IMG/VR virus record: IMGVR_UViG_3300030098_005273
Location: 1 to 54,759 of that record
Strand: one strand, 5' to 3'
Origin: a virus
Lineage: Duplodnaviria; Caudoviricetes
DNA length: 54,759 bases
A model generated the notes under the pieces. The model did not search any database and was not told where the DNA came from. It saw only the letters and a program-made list of their open reading frames with translations. This document shows positions 5,718-14,822 of the stretch, in pieces. Position 1 is the first letter of the stretch. The number at the start of each line of letters is the position of its first letter. The translations under genes and the position numbers were made by a program.

Positions 5718-6644
5718 ATGGCACAAGGGAAAACTAGACGACCTATAGGAAACCCTGAAATTCCTAGGGATGATACTCCATATAATAAAGGTATTCATGG
5801 TAAACCATCTACTATAACAGGAGCTGAAGCTATTGGCGGAATAAATCGTGAAGTAGCTAAAGTAGGTACGAATGAGATAGGTAAAAACGCTACAAATTTA
5901 GATGACTTACCTGCTAAGGTTTTTGGCTTTGTAAGAGATGTAGGTGAAAAAACTTTAGATTTTGGAGAAAGAGTTGTAGATGAGCTTAAGCATCAATGGG
6001 ATTGGAGGGTTAGAGGAAATATTGAAACAGTCCAACCTAGAAATGAAGAAGAGACGATGCAACATATTCAAGCATTGAAAGACAGAGAAAATAATTACGA
6101 AACTGAAGAAAGAGGATTTATTGAGCAATTAACAGCTTTAGACCCTGCTGATAAACATGGGGTAGAGTATCTTCAAAGATTAGTAGGAGCTAAACCTGAC
6201 GGAACTATTGGCCCTAAGACAAGACAGGCCATTGGCGAATATGTTATGGCTGAAGGTATATCCTTGCCACCAGAACTACTGGCTAAGCTTGATATTGGAC
6301 CTGAATCAGTTTACGCTCAAAGATATCCTCAGTATCAACCTGGATACAAACCTCCTGTAGAAGGCGGAGATTGGCCAACTGAAGGAGATGATTTTCCTCC
6401 TGAGTATGCGCCTATTCCTCCTAGAGAAAGTGTTCCAAGCGAAGAAATTCCAAGCGAAGAAATTCCAAGAGAAAGAATTCCAGGGTCAGGTTGGCCTGAA
6501 GGAAGAAGTATAGATCAGCCGCCTTATGTTCCAAAAGAGACACGAAATATACCAACTGAATCAACAAAGATAGATAATACTCGGATGGAGGTAGATACTC
6601 CAAGCACAGAGAGAGAAATAATTGAACAATTAAAGGATATATAA
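5718..6644 (+). CDS. Protein with peptidoglycan-binding-domain-like motif and Pro/Glu-rich tail
   Basis: VEYLQRLVGAKPDGTIGPKTRQAI matches the PG_binding_1 signature LQ..L....DGxxGxxT..A. Confidence 0.6.
   Translation: MAQGKTRRPIGNPEIPRDDTPYNKGIHGKPSTITGAEAIGGINREVAKVGTNEIGKNATNLDDLPAKVFGFVRDVGEKTLDFGERVVDELKHQWDWRVRGNIETVQPRNEEETMQHIQALKDRENNYETEERGFIEQLTALDPADKHGVEYLQRLVGAKPDGTIGPKTRQAIGEYVMAEGISLPPELLAKLDIGPESVYAQRYPQYQPGYKPPVEGGDWPTEGDDFPPEYAPIPPRESVPSEEIPSEEIPRERIPGSGWPEGRSIDQPPYVPKETRNIPTESTKIDNTRMEVDTPSTEREIIEQLKDI
6418..6482 (+). repeat. 15-bp coding tandem repeat (P-S/R-E-x-I), about 4 units
   Basis: TTCCAAGCGAAGAAA x2 (6433-6462), TTCCAAGAGAAAGAA (6463-6477), degenerate flanking copies. 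Confidence 0.8.
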
Positions 6645-7105
6645 TGTCAAAAGATTTAGATAAAGCAGTGTTTGATGAAGTTAAGAATATAGATGAGCCA
6701 GGGATACAGGAAAAAAAGGATGATCCTAGGACTGATAGTCAAATAAAATATCAAGAAAGGATGGACATAAGGGCGAATGAGAATAATGCAATTCTTTCTC
6801 AAATAGATGCTACTATAGATCCGCAGAACACTGAAATGACAAAAAGGGCTCAGCATTTATTTAACGTGTATGTGTATGAAGATGATGTTTTGGATGTAGA
6901 CGGTGTTTGGGGAAATAAAACTCAAGCGGCTTTTGTTGAATACAGAGACATTATTAAAAAATATGCAAATTTAGAATCTGCAGGAATGGATTTAAAGGAG
7001 CATAATAAACGATATAATATAAATGTTTCGAAAAAAACTGAGTTTGATAAGCAGATAGATAGAGATGAAAGAATAAAGGAATTGAATTCTAGAATACCTC
7101 AATAA
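6644..7105 (+). CDS. Second protein with peptidoglycan-binding-domain-like motif
   Basis: AQHLFN...LDVDGVWGNKTQAAF; TAATG coupling to both neighbours. Confidence 0.6.
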   Translation: MSKDLDKAVFDEVKNIDEPGIQEKKDDPRTDSQIKYQERMDIRANENNAILSQIDATIDPQNTEMTKRAQHLFNVYVYEDDVLDVDGVWGNKTQAAFVEYRDIIKKYANLESAGMDLKEHNKRYNINVSKKTEFDKQIDRDERIKELNSRIPQ

Positions 7106-8658
7106 TGGCAAATTATAACAGCAGAAATGTTTCTGAGGCAGAAGAAGAGTTAAGGTTAGCTCATAAGGATTTAATAGCATTTGGTAAGTTGTTTCTACCA
7201 GATGACTTTATGAGGTCTGAGACCCCGTTCTTTCATTATCAAGTAGCTGATATATTGAGTAATTTAGATTATAGGCAGGTAGCTATAATTCTACCTAGGG
7301 GTCATGGCAAGACTGTGTTGACTAAATGTAATATAATGCACGATTTTTGCTTTGCAGATGAACCTTTGTTTTATGGGTGGGTAGCGGCTAGTTCTAAAAT
7401 ATCTGTGCCAAACTTAGATTATATTAAATATCATATAGAGTATAATGATAAAATTAAATATTACTTTGGAGATTTAAAGGGAAGGAAGTGGACAGAAGAT
7501 GATATCGAGCTTAAAAATGGTACAAAACTTATTTCTAAGTCTAATCTGTCTGGTATTCGTGGTGGTGCTAAGCTTCATAAACGTTATGATCTCATTGTTC
7601 TTGATGATTTCGAAGATGAGAACAATACTGTCACCCCAGAGTCACGTGCCAAAATCAGTAACCTTGTCACGGCTGTTGTTTTCCCTGCGCTTGAACCAAA
7701 GACGGGAAGATTAAGGATTAATGGTACTCCTGTACATTTTGATGCTTTTATTCAAAAAATACTTACTGGGTACGAACATTCTAAAAAAACAAAGGAAGAT
7801 TATAGCTGGAAAGTAGTTACGCATAAAGCTATACAAGAAGATGGGACTCCTTTATGGCCTTCTTGGTTTGGACATAAGGAGATGGAAAGAAAGAAGAAAT
7901 TTTATCAAGATAGTGGTACTCCTCAGAAATTCTATCAAGAATATATGATGGAAGTTCAGAGTGAAGAGGATTCTATCTTTAATAGGGATCATATAAAATA
8001 TTGGGACGGGACGTTTACAAAGGATGAAGAGACTGGAATTACATTTGTTATACCTGACGGTGACGACCCTAAACCATGCAATGTATATGTCGGTGTGGAT
8101 CCCGCTACTGACTCAGCTAGGCGTAATTCGGATTTCTCTGTTATTATCGCTGTGGCTGTAACTGCCGACAATAATATATACGTAGTAGATTATGTAAGAG
8201 ATAGGACGTTACCTGTTCTTGGAATACCTGGAACAGATAAAAAAGGAATAGTAGATCATATATTTCAGTATGCTAAATTCTTTAATCCTAAGCTCTTTAC
8301 AATTGAAGATACTACAATGAGTAAACCTGTGTTTCAGGCTATTAGAGCTGAAATGAGAAGAAGGAATGAATTTATCATTCCATTTAAAGAAGAGAAACCT
8401 GGCAATAGAATGAGTAAAAGAGATAGGATTCAGGAGATAATGGCTCAAAGATTTTCTGTAGGTCAGGTTCATATAAAGAAGACACAGTATGATTTACATA
8501 GAGAAATTATGACATTTGGGCCACGTATGGCTCATGATGATACAATAGATGCGTTAGCGTATGCGTGTAAATACGCTCATCCTCCTCAAGGCCTTCACGA
8601 AGGCAAGGACGGATGGTTTAAGAATAAAAGACAACCAAAAAGCTGGGTTACAGCTTAG
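7105..8658 (+). CDS. terL: Terminase large subunit
   Basis: Walker A PRGHGKT, Walker B LIVLDDFE, coupling motif NGT, RNase H-like nuclease acidic motifs GVDPA and HDDTIDA. Confidence 0.95.
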   Translation: MANYNSRNVSEAEEELRLAHKDLIAFGKLFLPDDFMRSETPFFHYQVADILSNLDYRQVAIILPRGHGKTVLTKCNIMHDFCFADEPLFYGWVAASSKISVPNLDYIKYHIEYNDKIKYYFGDLKGRKWTEDDIELKNGTKLISKSNLSGIRGGAKLHKRYDLIVLDDFEDENNTVTPESRAKISNLVTAVVFPALEPKTGRLRINGTPVHFDAFIQKILTGYEHSKKTKEDYSWKVVTHKAIQEDGTPLWPSWFGHKEMERKKKFYQDSGTPQKFYQEYMMEVQSEEDSIFNRDHIKYWDGTFTKDEETGITFVIPDGDDPKPCNVYVGVDPATDSARRNSDFSVIIAVAVTADNNIYVVDYVRDRTLPVLGIPGTDKKGIVDHIFQYAKFFNPKLFTIEDTTMSKPVFQAIRAEMRRRNEFIIPFKEEKPGNRMSKRDRIQEIMAQRFSVGQVHIKKTQYDLHREIMTFGPRMAHDDTIDALAYACKYAHPPQGLHEGKDGWFKNKRQPKSWVTA

Positions 8659-8666
8659 GAGGATAT

Positions 8667-9056
8667 ATGCCAAGATTCGGGAAAAAGAGTAAAGCTAACT
8701 TAGCGACATGTAATAAAGATTTACAAAAAGTTTTTAATGAAGTTATAAAGTATGTAGATTGTTCTGTGCTCGAAGGACACAGAGATGAATACAGACAAAA
8801 CAAATTATACGAAGAAGGAAAAACAAAAGTCAGATTCCCTATGGGTCGTCATAATACTAATCCTAGTCGTGCTGTCGATGTCACGCCTTACCCGATCGAT
8901 TGGGAGGACAGAGAGCGTCAGACCTTATTCGCTGGATTCGTGCTGGGAATTGCTAGATCAATGGGTATTAAACTTCGCTGGGGAGGAGACTGGGACCAGG
9001 ACTTCCAAGTAGCTGATAACAGATTCGACGACTTTCCACATTTTGAGTTGAAATAA
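8667..9056 (+). CDS. Endolysin, peptidase M15 family (L-alanyl-D-glutamate peptidase type)
   Basis: EGHR, RH..PSRAVD, RWGGDW, DFPHFEL zinc-peptidase motifs as in T5/Ply500-type endolysins. Confidence 0.9.
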   Translation: MPRFGKKSKANLATCNKDLQKVFNEVIKYVDCSVLEGHRDEYRQNKLYEEGKTKVRFPMGRHNTNPSRAVDVTPYPIDWEDRERQTLFAGFVLGIARSMGIKLRWGGDWDQDFQVADNRFDDFPHFELK

Positions 9057-9128
9057 ATGACTTTGATAATAGGGATAGTATTTTTAAGTTTTTTAACATT
9101 TTATCTATTATATAACGTAGATAAGTAG
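9057..9128 (+). CDS. 23-aa single-transmembrane peptide (not in ORF track)
   Basis: ATG directly after the endolysin TAA; MTLIIGIVFLSFLTFYLLYNVDK. Confidence 0.45.
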   Translation: MTLIIGIVFLSFLTFYLLYNVDK

Positions 9129-9134
9129 GGGATT

Positions 9135-11477
9135 ATGGCTAAATCAAATAAAAAAAGAGCAGAAGAATTAAGACAGTTATTTAACCTGTCTAACAATTGG
9201 ACACGAAAACAATGGGAGCTAGTAAACCAAAAAGGTTACGAGTTTGCTCATGATGCCCAATTAACTAACGATGAAAAGCAAAGCCTTGAAGAGCAAGGTA
9301 TGCCTACATTTACTATTAATAGAATTTTACCTGTTGTTGAAATGTTAAATTTCTATGCAACAGACAATAGTCCTAGATGGCAGGCTATTGGAGCTGAAGG
9401 AAGTGATAGTGATTTAGCTGCAGTAGTTTCAGATTTAACAGATTATGTTTGGCATAACTCTAATGGACAAACACTTTACAATAATGCTGTAAACGATTGC
9501 ATAACAAAAGGTATAGGCTATTTATTATTAACTGTAGACAAGGATGCAGATAATGGGCTAGGAGAAGTTTCTGTCCAGCAGCCTGAGCCTTTTGATATTT
9601 ATGTAGATCCAAAATCTAGAAATATGCTTTTTAAAGATGCTTCTTATATAATGATAAGAAAAGTTTTATCAAGGCATCATTTATCCCAAATGTATCCAGA
9701 GCACAAAAGAAAAATAATGAATGCTAATAGCGATGAATCTCAGCAAAAAAGTTACTCTGAAAGAGCTAGTGGGGATACGGATCAAAAATTATTTTTATAC
9801 AATGACAATACAGAACAAAATAGTATGGCTATTACTCCTGATGGAGAGCAGGAAGATTTATTAGAATTTTTTGAAGTATATGAAAAGGTTAAAGTATCAT
9901 ACATTAGTATGTTCTATAGAATACCTCCTGATAAAAAGCAACTAGCTGAAATGAAACAGCAATGTGATGTAATGGTTCAAGAGATGGCTCAAGAACTTCA
10001 AGTTTCTTTTATGGAACAAAAACAGCAAATGGATCAAGCTCTTGAGGCAGGTCAAATGCTACCAGAAAGACATGAGCTAGAGATGAAAAAAGCTCAAGAA
10101 ATGATGCAACAGCAGATAGAAGCTTACAGACAGGAATGTATGAGCGAAATACAGGCAGCAGGTTCAAAAATAGAAAACTCTATTGTTTCTGAAAAAGAAT
10201 ATGATTTAATTCTTAAAAATCAAGATTTAGCTAAATATATGGTTGACAAGGTTCAATTCTATCAAACTAGAGTTAAGCAAACTTGTATGGCGGGAGATAA
10301 AATTTTATATGAAATTATTCTTCCAGACTCTATTACTGAGTACCCATTAGTACCTCTTCATTATAAATGGACAGGCACACCGTTTCCTTTAAGTGCTGTA
10401 GCTCCTTTAATTGGAAAGCAACAAGAAATTAATAAAGCTCATCAAATAATGGTTCATAATGCATCTTTAGGAAGTAGCCTAAGATGGATGTATGAAGAAG
10501 GCTCTATCGATGAAGATATGTGGGAGAAATACTCTTCTAGCCCTGGGGCTCTTCTACCAATACGCCCTGGGGTTACTCCTCCTACTCCTGTTCAACCAGC
10601 TCCATTATCTAATGCCTTTTTCCAAATAGTTCAAGAAGGAAAAGGTGATATGGAATATCTTGCTGGTATTTACAGCTCTATGATGGGAGATTCTGCAGGA
10701 GCATCAGAAACTTATAGAGGAATGTTAGCTTTAGATGAATATGGAACAAGAAGAATTAGACAATGGATGAATACTTCTATAGAGCCTAGCTTAAAGCAGT
10801 TAGGACAAGTAATGATCCAGTACTGTCAAGCTACTTATTCTGTTAACAAAAGATTTAGAATTGTTCAGCCTAATGCAATTCAAGAAGGAAAAACTCAAGA
10901 AATTAATATCCCTATATATAATGATATGGGAGAAGCTATAGGAAAGAGTATGGATCTACAGTCTTATAAATTTGACATAAGAATTGTTTCAGGCTCAACT
11001 CTCCCTGTAAACAGATGGGCTTATTTAGAAGAGTTAAAAGAGCTTATGAAGATGGGAGTTATAGATGATGTGGCTGTATTAGCTGAGACAGATTTAAGAA
11101 ATAAAGAAAAAATTGTTGAAAGAAAAAGCTTATATTCTCAATTACAAAGTCAAATTGCATCTATGGAAGAAGCTTTAAAAGATAAAGAAGGAACCATAGA
11201 AACGCTTTCAAGACAACTAGTTCAAGCTGGTATAAAAGGAAAAGTTATGCAAGCTGATGTTGAGATAAACAAAGAGAAAGAAAAAGTTAAAGCAAGCATG
11301 AATAGAGAGTATGTGGAGACTGCAGGAAAGCAGAAACTTCTAAGAGGCACGATGGAAAATCAAGCCACTCTAAGCGCTACTAGAACGGAAGACACAGCAA
11401 TGCTTGAAAGAGAAAAAATGAGGCTTGAAGCAGAGAATGTAAGAAAAGACTTGGATAGTATCCAAGAAAATCAATAA
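9135..11477 (+). CDS. Portal protein (P22-like)
   Basis: 780 aa after TerL; FTINRILPVV, GIGY, YVDP, QQEINK segments and C-terminal coiled coil typical of podovirus portals. Confidence 0.85.
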   Translation: MAKSNKKRAEELRQLFNLSNNWTRKQWELVNQKGYEFAHDAQLTNDEKQSLEEQGMPTFTINRILPVVEMLNFYATDNSPRWQAIGAEGSDSDLAAVVSDLTDYVWHNSNGQTLYNNAVNDCITKGIGYLLLTVDKDADNGLGEVSVQQPEPFDIYVDPKSRNMLFKDASYIMIRKVLSRHHLSQMYPEHKRKIMNANSDESQQKSYSERASGDTDQKLFLYNDNTEQNSMAITPDGEQEDLLEFFEVYEKVKVSYISMFYRIPPDKKQLAEMKQQCDVMVQEMAQELQVSFMEQKQQMDQALEAGQMLPERHELEMKKAQEMMQQQIEAYRQECMSEIQAAGSKIENSIVSEKEYDLILKNQDLAKYMVDKVQFYQTRVKQTCMAGDKILYEIILPDSITEYPLVPLHYKWTGTPFPLSAVAPLIGKQQEINKAHQIMVHNASLGSSLRWMYEEGSIDEDMWEKYSSSPGALLPIRPGVTPPTPVQPAPLSNAFFQIVQEGKGDMEYLAGIYSSMMGDSAGASETYRGMLALDEYGTRRIRQWMNTSIEPSLKQLGQVMIQYCQATYSVNKRFRIVQPNAIQEGKTQEINIPIYNDMGEAIGKSMDLQSYKFDIRIVSGSTLPVNRWAYLEELKELMKMGVIDDVAVLAETDLRNKEKIVERKSLYSQLQSQIASMEEALKDKEGTIETLSRQLVQAGIKGKVMQADVEINKEKEKVKASMNREYVETAGKQKLLRGTMENQATLSATRTEDTAMLEREKMRLEAENVRKDLDSIQENQ

Positions 11478-11512
11478 TATATGCTATTGAATAATATCAA
11501 AAAGGAGGGAAA

Positions 11513-12430
11513 ATGAACGATTCCCAAGAAGCAAAAAGTAACCCTGAGATAGGTATGAGTCAAGACTCTTTTGATGAGACTCCTGAAAATCCAGGCTCTG
11601 ATGACTTCTTTACTAGTTTAGAACAGGAAGTGAACGGAGGAATTGAAGATCCTCAAATTAGTGAAAACACTGAGGCAACCCAAAGTCAATTTAGTGGCCC
11701 CGAACAGGTAACCCACAGTCAAGACGATGGCTCCAATAATGTGGCACAACAGTCGAATGACGGCACAGACTGGCAAAAGCGCTATGCTGATAGCAGCAGA
11801 GAGGCCGTGAGATGGCGAGACAGGTATAGAGAAGTTGAAAAATTTGTACCCGTTTTAGATGCCATGAAAAAAGATAGTGGATTAGTAGACCATGTTAGAT
11901 CGTATCTTGAAAATGGCGGGGCTCCCGCTAAGTCTGTTCAAGAAGAATTGAATCTTGATGAAGACTTTTTATTTGACCAACATGAAGCTATGACAGATCC
12001 TGAATCAGACAGTGCGAAAGTTATGAATTCGCATGTAGATAAGTTAGTGCAACAAAGAGTCGGACAAATGGTACAAGCTGAAAAGCAGAGAGCTGCTCAA
12101 ATTCAGAGGGCTCAGCAAATGAAGCAAACCGAGGCTGATTTTATAAAAAGGCACAATATGACTCCACAAGAGTTTGCAGCCTTTAAAGAAGAAGCTTCTA
12201 AACATACTATGACTTTAGATGATGTTCACTACTTACTGAATAAAGGAAAAGTACAGCAAAATGTTGCAGCAAACACCAAACAGGATATGATGAAGCAAAT
12301 GAAAAATGTGCGTAATATGCCTACATCTGCTAGCGGAGTCAATAGTCAAGGAAAAGCTAAAACAGAAGACCGTTCGGTATTCGAAAGTATCCTTGGTTTT
12401 GACAGTGGAACTGATAACCTGTTTGGGTAG
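11513..12430 (+). CDS. Putative capsid scaffolding protein
   Basis: Between portal and capsid; acidic disordered N-terminus, DWQKRYADSSREA motif, coiled coils. Confidence 0.7.
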   Translation: MNDSQEAKSNPEIGMSQDSFDETPENPGSDDFFTSLEQEVNGGIEDPQISENTEATQSQFSGPEQVTHSQDDGSNNVAQQSNDGTDWQKRYADSSREAVRWRDRYREVEKFVPVLDAMKKDSGLVDHVRSYLENGGAPAKSVQEELNLDEDFLFDQHEAMTDPESDSAKVMNSHVDKLVQQRVGQMVQAEKQRAAQIQRAQQMKQTEADFIKRHNMTPQEFAAFKEEASKHTMTLDDVHYLLNKGKVQQNVAANTKQDMMKQMKNVRNMPTSASGVNSQGKAKTEDRSVFESILGFDSGTDNLFG

Positions 12431-12485
12431 ATAAAATTTATTAGTCTATCCAAGCTTTAATATAAACCGTTAAGGAGATAGACAA

Positions 12486-13982
12486 ATGGCTGATAGTAAT
12501 ATCATAGGAGGCAATAGCCTTTATAGCGGCCAGGGGAAACACTTTGACGGATCAGCAGCTTCGGCTCAAGCAACCAATACGGGTGCTCTGAGACGTAAGT
12601 ATAACTTTGGAAATTATGTTTCAGAGTTAAACTTGGCACAAGATCCGTTCTTTAGATTTGTTTCTATGGTCAGCAAAAAACCTACGGACGATCCTAATTT
12701 CAAATTTACTGAAAGAAGACAGTCCTACATGAAGCGTTATGCTTACATGGATTCTTATAGTGACGTTGCATTAGCAGCGCCTGCTTCAAACCCAGATGCA
12801 GCAACACATACAGCTACTGCTGGTTCTAGTGTGTTTACATTTAAAATGTATACAGATTACAACTCAGATGGTAACATGCAAAACATCATGGGACAACCAA
12901 TAACATATTGTGCTGGTGTAGCTGGAACACAACCTCAGTTTTATGTTCCAGGTCAGTTGATTAAATTCGCAACTGGTACAACTAATGGAACTCCAACTGA
13001 CTACTCGCTTTGGCGAATAAACACAGTAGATTTAGTTTCTCAACCTAATTATGCAATACTTAATGCTACTTGCGTAAGAGGTTCAGGTGCAGCTGCTGAG
13101 TTTATGGACGCTATATCGATTGTAGGTTCATCTGCAACTGCAGGTACTACAGTAGCTCAGTCTGCTGAGTCTTTAGAGCCATACAGATCTTATGTTGTAG
13201 GTTCTGCTCACGGAGTTGGTACTGGTTACCCAGAAACATGGGCTGATCAACCTTGGAGTACTTCTAATGGACAAACTCAAATCTGGAAAACTTCTGCAGT
13301 AATGCATAATACAGATAGAGCTACTGTTCTTAAGTATGAAGGTAATGAGTGGGCTAGAATCTGGAAAGAAAAACTAATTGAACATAAATGGGATATTGAG
13401 CAATCTTTATTGTTCGGTAAACAAGCTACTACTGGTGGTATTAATACTACTGAAGGTGCTGTAGACTTTATCTCAACTTATGGTAACTCATTTAGTTTAG
13501 ATTTAGCAACTAAAACACAAGACAGTTTCTTAGATGATATGTCTGCTTTATTAGATCCTAGATATAATAATGCAAGTGCTACTGTATTCTTCTGTTCAAC
13601 AGCAGTATACAATTGGCTACACAAATTATCTGGTTATTTCCAAAATAACTTAGAAACTTCTGCTAACCTAAGAGCTGATATGGGCTTTGCTGGTAAGAAG
13701 AAAGTGTTTGGTGTAGATATTTCAACTATTTCAACCGTATATGGTGATATGAATGTTGCAAGAAACGTTCACCTAGATGGTACAAATATTAAAATATTAG
13801 GTATTAATATGAAATATTGTGCTTATCGACCATTGGTTGGTAATGGTATTAACAGAGACACAGGAGTCTACGTAGGAGTTCAGACTTTAGAGAACTCAGG
13901 GGTCGATCGTAGAGTAGACCAAATCCTTACTGAAGCTGGTATGGAATGGTGCTGTCCTGAAACACACGCCCTTTGGGTATAA
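12486..13982 (+). CDS. Major capsid protein
   Basis: Position after scaffold; EHKWDIEQSLLFG long helix and DQILTEAGME C-terminal strand typical of HK97-fold MCPs; highly biased codon usage. Confidence 0.85.
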   Translation: MADSNIIGGNSLYSGQGKHFDGSAASAQATNTGALRRKYNFGNYVSELNLAQDPFFRFVSMVSKKPTDDPNFKFTERRQSYMKRYAYMDSYSDVALAAPASNPDAATHTATAGSSVFTFKMYTDYNSDGNMQNIMGQPITYCAGVAGTQPQFYVPGQLIKFATGTTNGTPTDYSLWRINTVDLVSQPNYAILNATCVRGSGAAAEFMDAISIVGSSATAGTTVAQSAESLEPYRSYVVGSAHGVGTGYPETWADQPWSTSNGQTQIWKTSAVMHNTDRATVLKYEGNEWARIWKEKLIEHKWDIEQSLLFGKQATTGGINTTEGAVDFISTYGNSFSLDLATKTQDSFLDDMSALLDPRYNNASATVFFCSTAVYNWLHKLSGYFQNNLETSANLRADMGFAGKKKVFGVDISTISTVYGDMNVARNVHLDGTNIKILGINMKYCAYRPLVGNGINRDTGVYVGVQTLENSGVDRRVDQILTEAGMEWCCPETHALWV

Positions 13983-13993
13983 GGAGATAAGTT

Positions 13994-14440
13994 ATGGCTA
14001 ATCCTTTATATGGACAAAACAAAGCGGATGCAGCTCTTGATGCTAATAACCAACTAAAGGTGTTGGAGTTTAGATTAAAAGTTGTAGCTACTGGTGAAAC
14101 TGGCGAATTGACTGACAACCTAGATACTGGTGTAGATATGCCTGCGGGCTTTATGCCTGTTTTTAGCGTAGTTAAGAACGATGGTTCAGTAGCATTGGCC
14201 GCTGGAGCTAAAACTTGTGATGTTGGCGGAACTGATCTATCAGCTTCGTTAGCTAGTTTAGCTGCAGGCGCATCTGTTTATACTAATTGTGCTGCAGTAG
14301 CAATACCTGCTTCTGACACTAACATATTAGTAGATGGTGCGACTTTAGTAGCTTCAGGCACAACTACACTGGTGTGGAAAATTTACGGATATGACACTTT
14401 AAGTGTTTCATCTGAAAATTTAACTCACGTACCAGTATAG
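13994..14440 (+). CDS. Putative head decoration/structural protein
   Basis: Follows MCP, AAGGAG RBS, MANPLYGQNK start, small-residue-rich beta composition. Confidence 0.6.
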   Translation: MANPLYGQNKADAALDANNQLKVLEFRLKVVATGETGELTDNLDTGVDMPAGFMPVFSVVKNDGSVALAAGAKTCDVGGTDLSASLASLAAGASVYTNCAAVAIPASDTNILVDGATLVASGTTTLVWKIYGYDTLSVSSENLTHVPV

Positions 14441-14451
14441 GAGGCTAACTT

Positions 14452-14745
14452 ATGGGACAAGTTAAGAATGGTTCTAGAGGCAATTGGGCAGGTGGTATGG
14501 TGGAAACCTTATCAGGCTCAGTTACTCTAAAGCCTAGTGATAGCGGAAAGGTGTTCCTTTGTGCAGGAGCCACAGTAACTCTACCTTCAGCAGCTGATGC
14601 TGGTGCAGGGTGGAATGCTAAGTTCATCTTTAAATCTGGATCGAGTTCAGTTAACTCTTCTGGAGCTATAGATACAGCTGGCGACTTCTGTGAAGTTGTA
14701 TGTGATGGCTCAGCATTTTATAATGCTAAGTACAACGCTCATTAG
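14452..14745 (+). CDS. Putative small virion structural protein
   Basis: AGGAGG RBS; L..SDSGKVF...TVTLP.A...GW pattern. Confidence 0.6.
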   Translation: MGQVKNGSRGNWAGGMVETLSGSVTLKPSDSGKVFLCAGATVTLPSAADAGAGWNAKFIFKSGSSSVNSSGAIDTAGDFCEVVCDGSAFYNAKYNAH

Positions 14746-14760
14746 AGCAAAATAATAAAT

Positions 14761-14803
14761 CCTACCTCCCTAAAGAAGATGGGTTCTTCTCTAGGGGGGT
14801 AGG
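14761..14803 (+). terminator. Strong hairpin ending the capsid transcript
   Basis: CCTACCTCCCTA-AAGAAGA-TGGGT-TCTTCT-C-TAGGGGGGTAGG followed by AT-rich tail. Confidence 0.6.
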
Positions 14804-14822
14804 TAATTAATTAAGGAAAAAT

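Noticed and set aside
8785-9012. 75-aa overlapping ORF with a hydrophobic stretch inside the endolysin (possible embedded lysis gene)
   Set aside because: No clear RBS or lipobox; may be an off-frame artefact, though not excluded without conservation data
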